From Candidatus Latescibacterota bacterium (GTDB taxonomy: Bacteria; Latescibacterota; UBA2968): DNA of 64,000 nucleotides. Location: contig OZ242311.1 in assembly GCA_965207885.1 (NCBI GenBank), positions 1,088,001 through 1,152,000 of the forward strand. The letters are read 5' to 3'. The notes below the pieces were generated by a model. The model ran no database searches. It saw nothing but the letters and a program-made list of their open reading frames with translations, and had not been told where the DNA came from. Within the stretch, counting starts at the first letter, position 1, and every line of letters begins with the position of its first letter. Position numbers and translations under genes: made by a program. Shown here piece by piece: positions 18,725 to 30,382 of this stretch.

Positions 18725-20311
18725 ATGAACTCGAGTAGATCGACGGAAAATAGCGCAAGACCAAATATCCTCCTGATTATGGTCGATGATATGGGCTTTT
18801 CCGACCTGGGATGCTATGGCGGCGAGATCCGCACGCCCAACCTCGACCGGCTTGCCTCAAACGGCCTTCGCTTCACCCAGTTTTACAACAATGCCCTGTG
18901 CGCACCCACGCGGGCGTCTCTGCTGACCGGGCTTTACTCCCAGCAAGTCAGCAGGGGAGGGCCGAAGGGCTGTGTTACCATCGCCGAGGTACTCAAGGCG
19001 GCTGGCTACCGCACCCTCATGGCGGGAAAATGGCATCTGTCCGGGCTCTTCGCAGGATTACCCGTCGAACGGGGTTTCGATCGCTATTACGGCCTCGTCG
19101 ATGGGTGCTGTAACTTCTTTAACCCGGGTCTGCAACGATCCGGTGAAGAACGGCCCGGTGAAAAATTTCCGGATGACAATCCCGCATTTGCCATCGACGA
19201 CAGGGTCATCCAGCCCTATACACCCGAGGATAAAGACTTCTACACCACCGACGCGTTCACAGATTACGCCCTTGGATACCTGGACGAGTACGGGCGGGAA
19301 GACAGACCTTTCTTCCTCTACGTGGCCTATACTGCGCCGCACTATCCCCTGCACGCCTGGCCGAGGGATATCGCAAAGTATAAGGGCAAATACAAAGTCG
19401 GTTGGGACAGGCTGCGGGAGCAGCGCCTCAAACGCATGGTCGAGATGGGCCTGATTGACGAGCGGTGGGCCCTTTCGGCGCGCGATCCGGATTCGCTGTC
19501 TTGGGAGGAGATCGAGGATCGAGATGCCTGGGATCTGAAGATGGCTGTTTACGCGGCCATGATTGACCGCGTGGACCAGAATGTCGGGCGCCTGCAGGCC
19601 AAACTCCGCGAACTCGGTATAGAGGAAAACACCCTCGTGCTATTTCTGTCCGACAACGGCGCCAGCGATGAAGACAGGACCAACACGCCCGCTATTCCGC
19701 CCGGTCCCGCGGCGTCGTACCGTACGGTAGATCTACCCTGGGCCAATCTCAGCAATACGCCTTTTCGCAAATTCAAGCGGTGGAATCACGAGGGTGGCAT
19801 CTCTACACCGTTTATCGCACACTGGCCGCGCGTGATTCAAAACGGGGGCGAGATCACCCATCAGATCGGTCACCTCATCGATGTTATGGCTACCTGTACC
19901 GATATTGCAGGGGCGGAATACCCGTCCTCCCACAAAGGCGTCCTGCCCCTGGAAGGCAAGAGCCTGTTGCCGGTTTTCAGAGGCGAACAGCGCGAGGGCC
20001 ACAGGGCGCTGTACTGGAATCAGTATAGTGAGACCGCCCTCTGGCGTGCCGTGAGAATGGGAAAATGGAAACTCGTCTCTCCTGATTATTGGAGAGATTA
20101 CAATCCCTGGCGTCCTGAAAGAGAGGCAAGGTCAGAACAAAAAGCGCGGCCGGACCCGAATTCGCTTTGGGAACTTTACGATATGGAGGTTGATCGAACA
20201 GAGGTGAATGACCTTGCGGATCAATACCCGGATCTGGTGAAAGAGATGGCCGAGATGTATGATGTATGGGAAAGGCATGTCCGGGGTGATTCGGGAATTG
20301 GCTCAGGTTAG
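18725..20311 (+). CDS. Arylsulfatase (AtsA-like S1 sulfatase)
   Basis: PNILLIMVDDMGFSDLG, CAPTRASLLTG, GKWHL, SDNG. Confidence 0.92.
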   Translation: MNSSRSTENSARPNILLIMVDDMGFSDLGCYGGEIRTPNLDRLASNGLRFTQFYNNALCAPTRASLLTGLYSQQVSRGGPKGCVTIAEVLKAAGYRTLMAGKWHLSGLFAGLPVERGFDRYYGLVDGCCNFFNPGLQRSGEERPGEKFPDDNPAFAIDDRVIQPYTPEDKDFYTTDAFTDYALGYLDEYGREDRPFFLYVAYTAPHYPLHAWPRDIAKYKGKYKVGWDRLREQRLKRMVEMGLIDERWALSARDPDSLSWEEIEDRDAWDLKMAVYAAMIDRVDQNVGRLQAKLRELGIEENTLVLFLSDNGASDEDRTNTPAIPPGPAASYRTVDLPWANLSNTPFRKFKRWNHEGGISTPFIAHWPRVIQNGGEITHQIGHLIDVMATCTDIAGAEYPSSHKGVLPLEGKSLLPVFRGEQREGHRALYWNQYSETALWRAVRMGKWKLVSPDYWRDYNPWRPEREARSEQKARPDPNSLWELYDMEVDRTEVNDLADQYPDLVKEMAEMYDVWERHVRGDSGIGSG

Positions 20312-20378
20312 AGTTGACTTTTCTCTGGTCTCGAAACACTTTTGAAGGTAGTCTTTGAAAAGAAACGAGGTCGAACTG

Positions 20379-21912
20379 ATGGCACTCTCAGATGCGCAAA
20401 TCAAGGCTCTTCGCAAAGCGGCCGCCGGGCGCAAACGCCGGATTGTCTTTCACTCCGACGGGCAGCCCATAGAGCGAATTCTCGCGCATGCGGTGGGTAC
20501 CCGGGTCGATACGTGTACCTATTCACTGGTGCATCAGTTCAACCTGTCCCGTTTGTATCGCACCGCAGTCGGACAGGAGTGGCCGCCAGAAGGCATCGAG
20601 CTCGACGATAAGGGGCGCGATGGGCTTCAGATCTACCTCGAGTTCTGTCGCGAGAATAACTTCGAGGCCTTCTGGGCCATGCGCATGAACGATACCCACG
20701 ATGCTGGCGATTACGAGGATGCGAGGTGGAAGATCGCCAACAACAAGCTCAAACAGGAACAACCCGACTGGCTGGTGGGTACCCAGGAGGATCTGCCTCC
20801 TCACGGTCGCTGGACATCGGTCAATTACGGACGGCCCGAAATTCGCGACCAGGCCTTTCGCCTGTGGGAAGACGTGGCTCGTCGCTACGATATCGATGGG
20901 TTCATGTTCGATTTCTTTCGGCATCCGACCCTGTTCAAGAGCGCCGCCTGGGGTGAGGAGGTCAGTGATGCAGAGCGCGAGAGTATGACCGATCTGATGC
21001 GCAGGACCAGAGCGATGACCGATGAAATTGGTGCGGAGCGTGCCCGGCCCATCCTCCTGTCCGTTCGCACCCCGGATTCCGTCGGGTACTGCAACGGAAT
21101 GGGTATCCAGATAGAAAAATGGATGGCCGAGGATTTGATCGACATCTGGATTCCGGGCGGATACTTCCGCCTGCAGGAATGGTCCGAGAGTGTCGCCCTC
21201 GGTCACAGATACGGCGTTCAGGTCTGGGCGGCTCTGGACGAATGTCGCGTCCAAACCCCTTTGCCTCAACTAACTGAGGTTTCCAGGCACCTCGAGTGCG
21301 AACTCTCCGCCGCTTCCGGTGTGACGCCGCCCTTTTCTGTGGTGCGCAATTCGCTGGAAGCGTACCGGGCGCGATCTGTCAACGCCTTAAACGCGGGGGC
21401 CGATTCGGTCTATTTCTTCAATTTGACGCGCTGGCAGATTCTCCACGATCTGGGCGATCCAGATACGCTCGCCCATTTGAACAAGGTTTATTGCCCCGTT
21501 TTCCGGGGGCGACAGGCCATGGATGCCGGGTTATTGGCTGAAGGATGGCGATCGCTTCTACACGCGTCCAGGGGTCTTTTCCCCCGAGGATCCGCATACT
21601 TTGAATGCTGGCGAGTTCCTGGAGATTGACCTGACTGTCGGGGATGATCTGGCTAGTGCCGGGGCTAGCGGCTTCAGGCCCAGGGCAACTCTGTGTCTTC
21701 AAGCTGAAGCATTAACCGATGCCAGCGACGTATCTATCACCTTCAACGGTAATCCCCTTGTCTGCACGGGGCTCACCGATGTTTGGGCGACCTATACCGT
21801 GAATCCCCGGAAGGTGAAATTGGGCTCAAACCGAATTGAGATCGCGCACAATGCGCCAGGCGGCGACGCGCTCACCCTTTGCGACTTACAGCTCTGGATA
21901 GAGTATGAGTAG
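20379..21912 (+). pseudogene. Glycoside hydrolase-like 10 (DUF187-like) TIM-barrel protein, split by a +1 frameshift in G5 run 21505-21509
   Basis: MRMNDTH, YDIDGFMFDFFR, SVYFFN; removing one G joins FRG to DRPWMPGYWLKDG; similar to 47158-48759. Confidence 0.65.
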
Positions 21913-22003
21913 TGTTTGTCTTGTCCGCCCGGTTGATGTGATGTTAGTCGAAGAAGAATCAATGATCCTCAGGAACTCTCTATAATCTCTAAGGAGGATA
22001 CTC

Positions 22004-22927
22004 ATGTCCACTTTTAACATTCCCGACGGTACCCGGGTTTCGATGTCTGGGCGCGAACTCGTCTTTGGCGAAACCATTTTCACCCCCAGAGAAGCCACCC
22101 ATCTGCTCGACGATACCGAGGCCCTTCACCAGCGCATCGAAGAAGACGGCTATCTCATCATTCGCAACTTTCATACGCGGCAGCAAATTCAAAATGCCCG
22201 GCGAGAAATTCTGGAAAACATGGCCGCCCAGAATCTCCTTGCCCCGGACACGCCTCTGGACAAGGCGGTGATTGGCGAAAATCGCCGTCCCCGCTTTCCG
22301 GATCGACTTGTAAAACAATGGCCGGGATTTCTCGAAATCGTTGAAGGTAAAAACACCATGGACTTCTTTGAACGCTTCATGGGTGGCCCCGTACTTTCAT
22401 TTGACCACAAATGGCTCCGCGTGATCTGCCGCGGTCAGAATGCGGGGGCGCATTACGATGTGGTCTATATGGGTGCCGGCACCAAAAAACTCTATACGAT
22501 GTGGACCGCGCTCGGCGATATATCTCTGGACATGGGTCCGCTTGCTCTCTGTTTAGGCTCCCACAAAATCCAGCATCTCAAAAATACTTACGGCGCAATG
22601 GACGCGCATCAAGATCTGGACGGGGGTGCGTTTTCCACCGATCCCGATGACGTTATGAAAACTCTGGGTGTCCGCTGGGCATCTACTCCTTTTAACGCGG
22701 GCGATGTCGTCATTTTCGGCATGTATTTCATGCACGCCTCACTTGAAAACACGTCCAATTATTTTCGCTTTAGCAGCGATACCCGTTATCAACTCGCATC
22801 CGAAGCGATTGACGATCGCCATATGGGAGAGGACGCGGGCGACGTCATTCCCAAGGCTCCTCTGGAAGATCGAAAATCCATTTTGAAACTCCGCAAAGAA
22901 TGGGGCTTTACCTCAAAAGCAAAGTAG
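22004..22927 (+). CDS. PhyH family dioxygenase
   Basis: GAHYD, MHASLEN, RFSSDTRY. Confidence 0.85.
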   Translation: MSTFNIPDGTRVSMSGRELVFGETIFTPREATHLLDDTEALHQRIEEDGYLIIRNFHTRQQIQNARREILENMAAQNLLAPDTPLDKAVIGENRRPRFPDRLVKQWPGFLEIVEGKNTMDFFERFMGGPVLSFDHKWLRVICRGQNAGAHYDVVYMGAGTKKLYTMWTALGDISLDMGPLALCLGSHKIQHLKNTYGAMDAHQDLDGGAFSTDPDDVMKTLGVRWASTPFNAGDVVIFGMYFMHASLENTSNYFRFSSDTRYQLASEAIDDRHMGEDAGDVIPKAPLEDRKSILKLRKEWGFTSKAK

Positions 22928-22950
22928 AGCGGAGTAAGGAGAAGGGTGCG

Positions 22951-25439
22951 ATGAATGCTTTGACCGGATTGTGTCGATTACGAGACCGGGGAAACTGGAA
23001 TAAATTTCCCCGCAATTGGATCCTCTTGGTGGGGATAGGAATTACGATCCTCGTATCTGCTGTTTCTGCCCAGGAAGAGGGTGAAACAGAACAGAAGGTG
23101 GTGCTTTCCAAAGCCGAGAAGGACACTCTGCTTGCCCGGGGAGAGCAACAGATGCTCGAAGGCGCGCCCGGCGATGCGGTCATTACCTTCACCCGGCTGG
23201 TTGAGGCTTATCCGGAGGATGCCGCCCTTCGCTCTCGGCTCGGCTACGCCTACCTCAAAAATCGGGACTTCAAGGCAGCCGAAAAGACCTTCAAAACGGC
23301 CAAAAATCTGGATGCAACCCGTCCCGATGCCTATGTAGGTCTCGGGCTGGTCTATGTGGAGGGCCCCGGTAGGGGACTCAATGCCTTCTTTAACTCCAGG
23401 CGTGCTCGAGGCGAGGCCAGGCGGGCGATCAGGATTGATTCTACTTATGCCCCGGCCTACCGGCTTTTGGGCGAACTCTACGAGCGCTTCTGGCAGGATC
23501 ACGAGAAAGCCATCCACTACTATGAGAAGTACGTAGCGCTGGAGCCCGACAATGTAGATGGGCTTTACTACTTCGGACTCGCCTGTGTGCAGGGCGAACA
23601 GTACAGCAAGATCAACACATACCTCACGCCTCACTTGAAACCGCATCTCAGAGAGACCCGGCTGATCCCCTTAATAGCCCAGGGCTACTTCTTTTTAGAG
23701 CGCTATGAAACCGCCTTAGAACAGTTTGAGCGCTATCTGCAGAAGGTAGATGATCAGGACGCCAGCACTATACCGACATCTCGCTCGTTGCATCTGAGAG
23801 GGAACTCCACGCCTATCAAGCGATCTCTGACAGTACCGAGCGTCTGGACTACCTGGAAAAATTCTGGTTGCGGCGAGATTCCGATATCCTGACGCGGATC
23901 AACGAGCGCATCATTGAACATTATCGCCGGGTCTGGTACGCACGCACCTTTTTTTCCAAAAAGGTATTCCCATGGGACAAGCGGGGAGAGGTCTATATTC
24001 GTTACGGAGAGCCCGACTACCGTTCCAGTAAGAGGCAGTTGAGTGTGAGCCCTGAGGTCGAGGCGGTGCGCACCCGGATGGCCGTGGACCTGTACGGGCC
24101 TGCCGCCACGTATTTAACCTTTACCGGGCCAGTCTTTCCCATCCGATCCAGTCCTCGTCGTCCCGATATGGAGTTCGATATCGAAACGGGGTCCCTCGAC
24201 GCGCCCGGGGAGTTGGAAGAGACCGTGGGGCCGGCTCCGGCAGAAGCGGAAGGAGATGCCAACGCCGATATGCTCGGTCTTAATCCCACGAGCATGTTGG
24301 ATGAGTTGGGAAATCCAAACCTCCGCCTCACCTTCGAAAACTACGCTCCAGTGACGATGGAACGCAGCGCTGAAACCGTGCCCTGGGAGACGTGGACTTA
24401 CACCCAGTTCCAGGGGGGTGTGGAGTTTACTTTTACCGATGAGTTCGGCAGCGGCGATTACGAGTTTGCCCGGGTTCCCCCCATTCCCACTGGAGAGAAT
24501 AAGCTTGCAAATGCCGCGCGAATGCTCGAATATGCTCCCGGGACGGTCTTCCAGAGGACCATTGCACAAACTCCTGATTATTATCGTCCGAGCATACGAG
24601 GTGCCGCTTTGCATTTCTATTACGATCTGGCCGATTTCCGCGGTTCCGAGGGACAGACCAATTTCGAAGTCTATTACGGTATTCCCCCCCGAGAGGTGGA
24701 GATCGTCAAGGGAGACGAGGACTTCATGATCCGGGTGCAGAGTTCCATGGCTCTGATGAACGAGGATTATACCCATATTTACCGAGCTGCAGATGAGTTT
24801 TTCTACCAGAACAGCAAGGGTTTCAGTCAGGCGAGGGGGGTGTTTGTGCCCGACCAGCTTCGGGTTCAGGTACCGCCCGGGAAATACGAGCTACAGGTTC
24901 AGCTCAAGGACAGGGCTTCGGGGCGCATCGGGATCTATAAGCAGTCTGTAGAGGTCCCGGACTATGCACTGGAGGGCCTCCATGTCAGCGGTATCCAGCT
25001 CGCTTCTTCAATTGGCGGTGAAGGGACGAACGACCGATTTCGGAAGGGCGAACTCTGGGTGGTTCCGGTGCCTTCCAGGACATATACGAAGAAGCAGAAG
25101 GTCTATGCCTATTTCGAGATCTACAATTTGAAACGGAATGACTACGGTCAGACCCGTTACAAGGTAAAATACCTGGTGCGGTTCACGCCTGAAGCTGCTG
25201 TGGGAATTGCCGGGGCGATTACGACCGGGCTCCGTTCGCTCTTCAAGCGGAGAAAACCCCAGGTGTCGGTGACCTACGAGCAGATAGGGACGGAGCGGTC
25301 CGAGTACGAATATGTCGAACTCGACCTGAGGCAGGCAAAAGCTGGCGTGAATGTATTGGAGATTACCGTTGAAGATCTGGTCAGCGGTGAGGTCAGGGTG
25401 CGAGAGGTGGTTTTTTATTACGGAGGTACGCCGGGATAG
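22951..25439 (+). pseudogene. TPR plus GWxTD-domain protein, split by a 1-nt deletion near 23759
   Basis: TPRs, then FWLRRD..EHYRRVWYAR..WDKRGEVYIRYGEPD; adding one base restores QERQHYTDISLVASERE, colinear with paralog 37244-39664. Confidence 0.8.
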
Positions 25440-25550
25440 GTGGATGTGGACCGCTTCAAAAGAGGGACCGCAGAGAACGCTTGACCTGGAGAAAATTCTG
25501 CGGTTGATTACAAGGCGATGCGTGGATAAAAACTGATTGGAGGGTTTCCC

Positions 25551-26426
25551 ATGAAATACGGACTGAGTGTGGAACAGGTGGCGCAGTTCCACGACGATGG
25601 TTTTTTGATCGTCCGCGATCAGCTTCCGAAAGAAGCGTACCAACCGTTTCTCGATGAAGTTGTAGCTAAAATTGATGAGGTGGTGAGCGAGGCGGTGGGT
25701 GAGGGGCTGCTCGATCCGGGGGATACGTTTCCCGACGCGTCTTTTGAGACCCGATTGGCTCTGGTGTCGAATGCCTGTTCGAAGCCAGAGCGGATCTGGA
25801 AAAATTTTCAGGGTAAGAGATTTAAGACGCCCGGGATGTTCGCGCTCAGGACGCATCCCGCTATACTGGATGCGACTGAATCTCTGATTGGTCCTGAAAT
25901 TTTTGCCCATCCGCAGTCCAATCTGCGCGCAAAATTGCCGGATCTGGAGGCGACCGTGGTGCCGTGGCATCAGGATCTGGCGTATCTCATACCGGAGGAT
26001 GCGGGAGAGACGCTTTTTGTCAATTTCTGGATCCCACTGGTTAAGGCGACGGCTGATAACGGCTGTTTGCAGGTGCTTCGCGGTTCCCATCGGGTTGGTC
26101 TTTTGCCGCATGATTATCGAACGCCCCACTTTAAAGGGGTCTTCGAAAGCGAGCTTCCAGATTCTGAGGTCGTGACCTGCGAGGTGGATGTGGGCGATGT
26201 ATTGTTGACGATGGAGCGGGTTCTTCATCGATCAACCCCGCATACGACAAATTCGGTCAGGTGGAGTCTGGATGTTCGCTATAGCCGCATTGGGCTTCCG
26301 ACGGGTCGTGAGGATGTGCCGGGTTTTATCGCTCGAAGCCGGGTTAATCCGGAGAGCGTGGCGAGGTCCCATCACGATTGGATCAGGAATTACGAGTTGG
26401 CGGGTATCGATCCGTTCGGCAATTGA
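25551..26426 (+). CDS. PhyH family dioxygenase
   Basis: VPWHQD, NGCLQV, LHRS, RWSLDVRY. Confidence 0.88.
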   Translation: MKYGLSVEQVAQFHDDGFLIVRDQLPKEAYQPFLDEVVAKIDEVVSEAVGEGLLDPGDTFPDASFETRLALVSNACSKPERIWKNFQGKRFKTPGMFALRTHPAILDATESLIGPEIFAHPQSNLRAKLPDLEATVVPWHQDLAYLIPEDAGETLFVNFWIPLVKATADNGCLQVLRGSHRVGLLPHDYRTPHFKGVFESELPDSEVVTCEVDVGDVLLTMERVLHRSTPHTTNSVRWSLDVRYSRIGLPTGREDVPGFIARSRVNPESVARSHHDWIRNYELAGIDPFGN

Positions 26427-26436
26427 GGAGGGTTTT

Positions 26437-27687
26437 ATGGAACTGACAGGAGAACAGCAGGCAGTTCTGGATGGGTCGCGGGGAGACTATCTGGCTAAGT
26501 GCATGCGCTGGCTGGTTGATTGGGGTGAGGTAATGGGGGCAAAACGGCTGATTAAGGTGGATAATACACACGCTTTGCTGCCGGTGCCCAATTTGATGGC
26601 TCAGGGGGCGTCCAAAGAGACGATGGACCGATATATGGCCGATCTCGTGGAGGCGTGTTCTCATGGGACACATCCTGGATGTACCTGTACGGTGCATGCC
26701 GCGTTTGTGACTCTGGATGATGTAGATGTGCCGGAAAATGATCCCGAACAGGTGCAGATGCAGAAGGATCTGGCGGTTCTGGCTGCGGATGCGGGATTTA
26801 TTCCCACTTTTACCTGTGCTCCGTACCTGGTGGGCAATGTGCCGCTCAAGGACGAGATTCTGGCGTGGACGGAGTCGTCTGCGGTGGTTTATGCGAATTC
26901 TATTCTGGGCGCGCGAACTACGCGGCACGGCACGGAGAGCGCGATTGCAGCCTCGCTTCTGGGTCTGGTTCCGGAGTTTGGCGTGTTGCTGGATGAGAAT
27001 CGCAAGGGTACGCTTCGGATAGAGGTGACGGCGGAGTTGGAGGATCCACCGGATTGGGGCGCGCTGGGCTATTTTGCGGGGAAAGCAGCGGGTCTGGGTA
27101 TTCCGGTATTCAATGGCATACGACGACCCTCTCAGGACGAGGCCAAGCAACTCTGTGCGGCTCTGGCGACTTCGGGCGGGGTTACGATGTGTCATATCGC
27201 GGGTGTTACGCCAGAGGCGCCCACGATAGATGCGGCTTTTCAGGGGGATGTTCCAGAAGAATATTTGACGTTTGATGCAGAGACGTTGAGGGAGACTTAT
27301 GAGTCTTTACGGGTGCGCACGGGAGATGAAATCGATTCGGTCATTCTGGGTTGTCCGCATGCGTCTATTAATGAATTGTCGAAGATTGCCGCTCTTTTGA
27401 AGGGGAAAAAGGTGGCGGAAGGCGTGCGGCTGTGGATCGATACGGCGAGGGGTACCAAGGGGAATGCGGATAGGATGGGTTATACGGAGATTATCGAGGC
27501 GGCTGGCGGGCGCATTCTTTGCGATACCTGTCCGACAAATATGCGGATTCCGGCGAAGCGCATTGTGACCCACGGTTTTAAGCAGGCGCACTACGCGCGG
27601 GGGATGGTGGGTGCAGAAGTGATTATTGCCAAAACGGAGGCCTGCATACGCGCAGCAGTTGCCGGGAGGTGGCTCGGAGATGGCTGA
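26437..27687 (+). CDS. Aconitase X catalytic (DUF521) subunit
   Basis: TFTCAPY, WTESSAVVYANSILGART, LGCPHAS, DTC; start at ATG after GAGGAGG. Confidence 0.88.
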   Translation: MELTGEQQAVLDGSRGDYLAKCMRWLVDWGEVMGAKRLIKVDNTHALLPVPNLMAQGASKETMDRYMADLVEACSHGTHPGCTCTVHAAFVTLDDVDVPENDPEQVQMQKDLAVLAADAGFIPTFTCAPYLVGNVPLKDEILAWTESSAVVYANSILGARTTRHGTESAIAASLLGLVPEFGVLLDENRKGTLRIEVTAELEDPPDWGALGYFAGKAAGLGIPVFNGIRRPSQDEAKQLCAALATSGGVTMCHIAGVTPEAPTIDAAFQGDVPEEYLTFDAETLRETYESLRVRTGDEIDSVILGCPHASINELSKIAALLKGKKVAEGVRLWIDTARGTKGNADRMGYTEIIEAAGGRILCDTCPTNMRIPAKRIVTHGFKQAHYARGMVGAEVIIAKTEACIRAAVAGRWLGDG

Positions 27688-28096
27688 TACTATTGATATC
27701 AGAGGACACGGCGTGGTTAAGGGATACGCAGAGGGCGAGGCGCTGGTGGCTGATACGACGCTGTCGTTCTGGGGCGAGGTGGATGCTATTACGGGTAAGG
27801 TGATCGGCGTGGGGCATCCTCTGGAGGGGATTTCTCTGGGGGGGCGCGTGCTGGTTATTCGCTCGACCAAAGGTTCTTCGGGTACGCCTATGGTTTTGAA
27901 TCTGGCACAGTTGGAGGGCAATGCGCCTGCGGCTTTTGTCAATGTGGAGGTGGATGGGTTGGCTGCGCTCGGATGTATTGTCAATGAGATTCCGATGATG
28001 ACAGAGTTGGAACGGGATCCGTTTGAGCTGATCGCTACGGGCGACCACGTGGTGGTAGATGCCGATGAGGGCGTGCTGCGGGTGACGCGAAAGTGA
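27680..28096 (+). CDS. Aconitase X swivel (DUF126) subunit
   Basis: LSFWGEVD..TG, GHPLEG, KGSSG; overlaps the catalytic subunit stop. Confidence 0.88.
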   Translation: MADTIDIRGHGVVKGYAEGEALVADTTLSFWGEVDAITGKVIGVGHPLEGISLGGRVLVIRSTKGSSGTPMVLNLAQLEGNAPAAFVNVEVDGLAALGCIVNEIPMMTELERDPFELIATGDHVVVDADEGVLRVTRK

Positions 28097-28104
28097 GGCG
28101 TTAA

Positions 28105-29601
28105 ATGGCATCTGGACAACCGAATATTCTCTGGATTTTGACCGATCAGCACAATGCGCGCACGATGTCCTGTGCTGGAGAGCCCCTGCTTCGGACGCCG
28201 AATATGGACCGCCTGGCGCGAGAGGGGGTGCGGTTTTCGCGGGCGTATGGCAATAGCGCGCACTGTGGTCCGTCCCGAATTTCCTATATGACGGGGATGT
28301 ACGAGCATTTTCACCGGCGGCACAATAATACGGACGAGCCGCCCGATCACCTGAACCCGATCACCTCTACATTGAAGCGGGTGGGGTATCAAACAGCTAT
28401 CATCGGCAAGGGGCATATCGGCGTTCACTGGCCCCGCCGCGAGTTCGATTATCATCGTTTCGACCACATGACCGACGCCCTGCCCGACGACCCGCTGAGT
28501 TGCGATTATTTCCGTAGTCTGGTCGAAGCGGGGGTGGCGGATGATTTTGACCTGACCAGAAAATGGGCACAGCACCCCGAATGTGCGGTGACTTCGCCGC
28601 TGCCACTGGAACACTCGGTCGAGGTCTGGTGTGGGAATGAGTCTGTAAAATATCTTCGGGAGCGCGATAAGGGCAAACCGTTCTTCGCGTGTATCTCTTT
28701 TTCCAGACCACACGACCCGCTTACTGTGTCCGCGCCTTTTGATCGCATGTACGATCCCGAGGAGGTCGCGGTGCCGGATAATGCAGCGGATGCGTTTGAG
28801 GGCAAGTCCGAACGCCAGCAACAGGCCAAACGGGGGGAGCTTCCCTATCCGTTCAGGCCCAGAGATAGGGCACATCTGCAGAAGTGCATCGCCCATTATT
28901 ACGGGCTGGTCTCTCTGATTGATGAGCAGATTGGGCGCATTCTCGAAGAGTTGGAATCTCAGGGTGTTCTGGAGGAGACTATTGTCATTTATTCGGCAGA
29001 TCACGGCGATTTTGCCGGTGAACACGGTCTTATCTGGAAAAATCTCGGATTTTACGAGTGTATCCATCGGGTGCCGTTTATTCTGCGCTATCCCGCGGCG
29101 TTGCCGAAGGGGGAGGTTTTTGATGGGTTTGTGGAGTCTGTGGATCTCTATCCCACGCTGATGGATATTCTGGGTGTTGATGCGCCCAATACGGTTCAGG
29201 GCAGAAGTCTGGTTCCCACTCTTCAGGGTAGGGAGGCCTGGAATAAGCAGGCTGTGCTGTGCGAACACGTCAAGGCGTATCACCATATGTCGATGCGTAC
29301 GGAAGAATTTCGGATTACGCTGGATATTACGGGAGATGAGAGCGAACTCTACGACCATCGCATTGATCCGGGGGAACTTATCAACCGGTGGGATGATCCG
29401 GATTATCGCGAGGTCCGGGGGAAGTTGCTGATCGATTTGCTGCGTTTTCGTTCCTGTCCGCCGCTTATGCACGGTCCGCTCATAGAGGGGTTGAATCCGG
29501 CAGATGTTCCGGGTTATGATACGGAGACGTGGTCTCAGGCGCACCAGGACATCCATCATGGCGTTCCCTGGTCGGAGGTCGTTGCGCGGGGCGATGGGTG
29601 A
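28105..29601 (+). CDS. Formylglycine-dependent sulfatase
   Basis: PNILWILTDQH, CGPSR, GKGH, ADHGD. Confidence 0.9.
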   Translation: MASGQPNILWILTDQHNARTMSCAGEPLLRTPNMDRLAREGVRFSRAYGNSAHCGPSRISYMTGMYEHFHRRHNNTDEPPDHLNPITSTLKRVGYQTAIIGKGHIGVHWPRREFDYHRFDHMTDALPDDPLSCDYFRSLVEAGVADDFDLTRKWAQHPECAVTSPLPLEHSVEVWCGNESVKYLRERDKGKPFFACISFSRPHDPLTVSAPFDRMYDPEEVAVPDNAADAFEGKSERQQQAKRGELPYPFRPRDRAHLQKCIAHYYGLVSLIDEQIGRILEELESQGVLEETIVIYSADHGDFAGEHGLIWKNLGFYECIHRVPFILRYPAALPKGEVFDGFVESVDLYPTLMDILGVDAPNTVQGRSLVPTLQGREAWNKQAVLCEHVKAYHHMSMRTEEFRITLDITGDESELYDHRIDPGELINRWDDPDYREVRGKLLIDLLRFRSCPPLMHGPLIEGLNPADVPGYDTETWSQAHQDIHHGVPWSEVVARGDG

Positions 29602-29635
29602 TGGTTGTTTCCATATCTGAGTTGGATTATAAACA

Positions 29636-30382
29636 ATGTCTTTGTCTTTCAGATCTCGCGTTCCCGTATTTGATGCCAATGTCGGGATTGGCAATCGCCA
29701 CGACCGGCGGTCTCCAGTCGATTCGCCCGGTCAGTTGCTCGAAGAGATGGGGCGTCACGGGGTTGATCGCGCGCTTGTCTATTCCGTTCAAGGCGAATGG
29801 ATTAGTCCGATGCAGGGAAATGATTCGCTCGCAGGGTTGACGGGGCAAAACGACGCGCTGGTTCCCCAGTTCGTCGCCGGGTGCGATTCCGGTTCGCTGG
29901 GGCAGTTGTGCGATTTCCATCGGGATGGCGTCGTTTCGAGCGTTCGGCTGCACAATACCGAGGAATGCAGGCTGCCATTTGTTTCGTGGCTCTATGGTGA
30001 TTTGCTCGCCTGGCTGAGTGCTGAGGGTATTCCCCTCTGGGTCTCGCTGGCGGATACGCCGCCGGCTGAGATTGTCGATACGCTGGGTGGGTATCCGGAT
30101 CTGACTGTTGTGTTGGTCGGCGCGCATTATACGCATTCGATGATGATCCGTCCGATGATGCAGGTGTTGCCCAATGCGTTTCTCGAACTCAGCCGTTATG
30201 AGAATATCTGCGGGATTGAGAAGCTCGTTCGGGAGCTTGGTGCAAGTCGCCTGATGTACGGGTCGTTTTTTCCGCGGTATGCGATGGGTCCGATGCTGTT
30301 CGCGCTCCATCATCTGGAGATATCGGACGATGATCTCAGGTTGATTTGTGCGACGAATCTGGAGCGGATTCTCTATGATTGA
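29636..30382 (+). CDS. Amidohydrolase_2-fold protein with degenerate metal ligands
   Basis: VFDANV where DxHxH is expected; LGASRLMYGSFFP; ICATNLERIL. Confidence 0.7.
   Translation: MSLSFRSRVPVFDANVGIGNRHDRRSPVDSPGQLLEEMGRHGVDRALVYSVQGEWISPMQGNDSLAGLTGQNDALVPQFVAGCDSGSLGQLCDFHRDGVVSSVRLHNTEECRLPFVSWLYGDLLAWLSAEGIPLWVSLADTPPAEIVDTLGGYPDLTVVLVGAHYTHSMMIRPMMQVLPNAFLELSRYENICGIEKLVRELGASRLMYGSFFPRYAMGPMLFALHHLEISDDDLRLICATNLERILYD

Noticed and set aside
27307-29694. 795-aa minus-strand ORF
   Set aside because: Antisense shadow of the AcnX and sulfatase genes; no recognisable motifs
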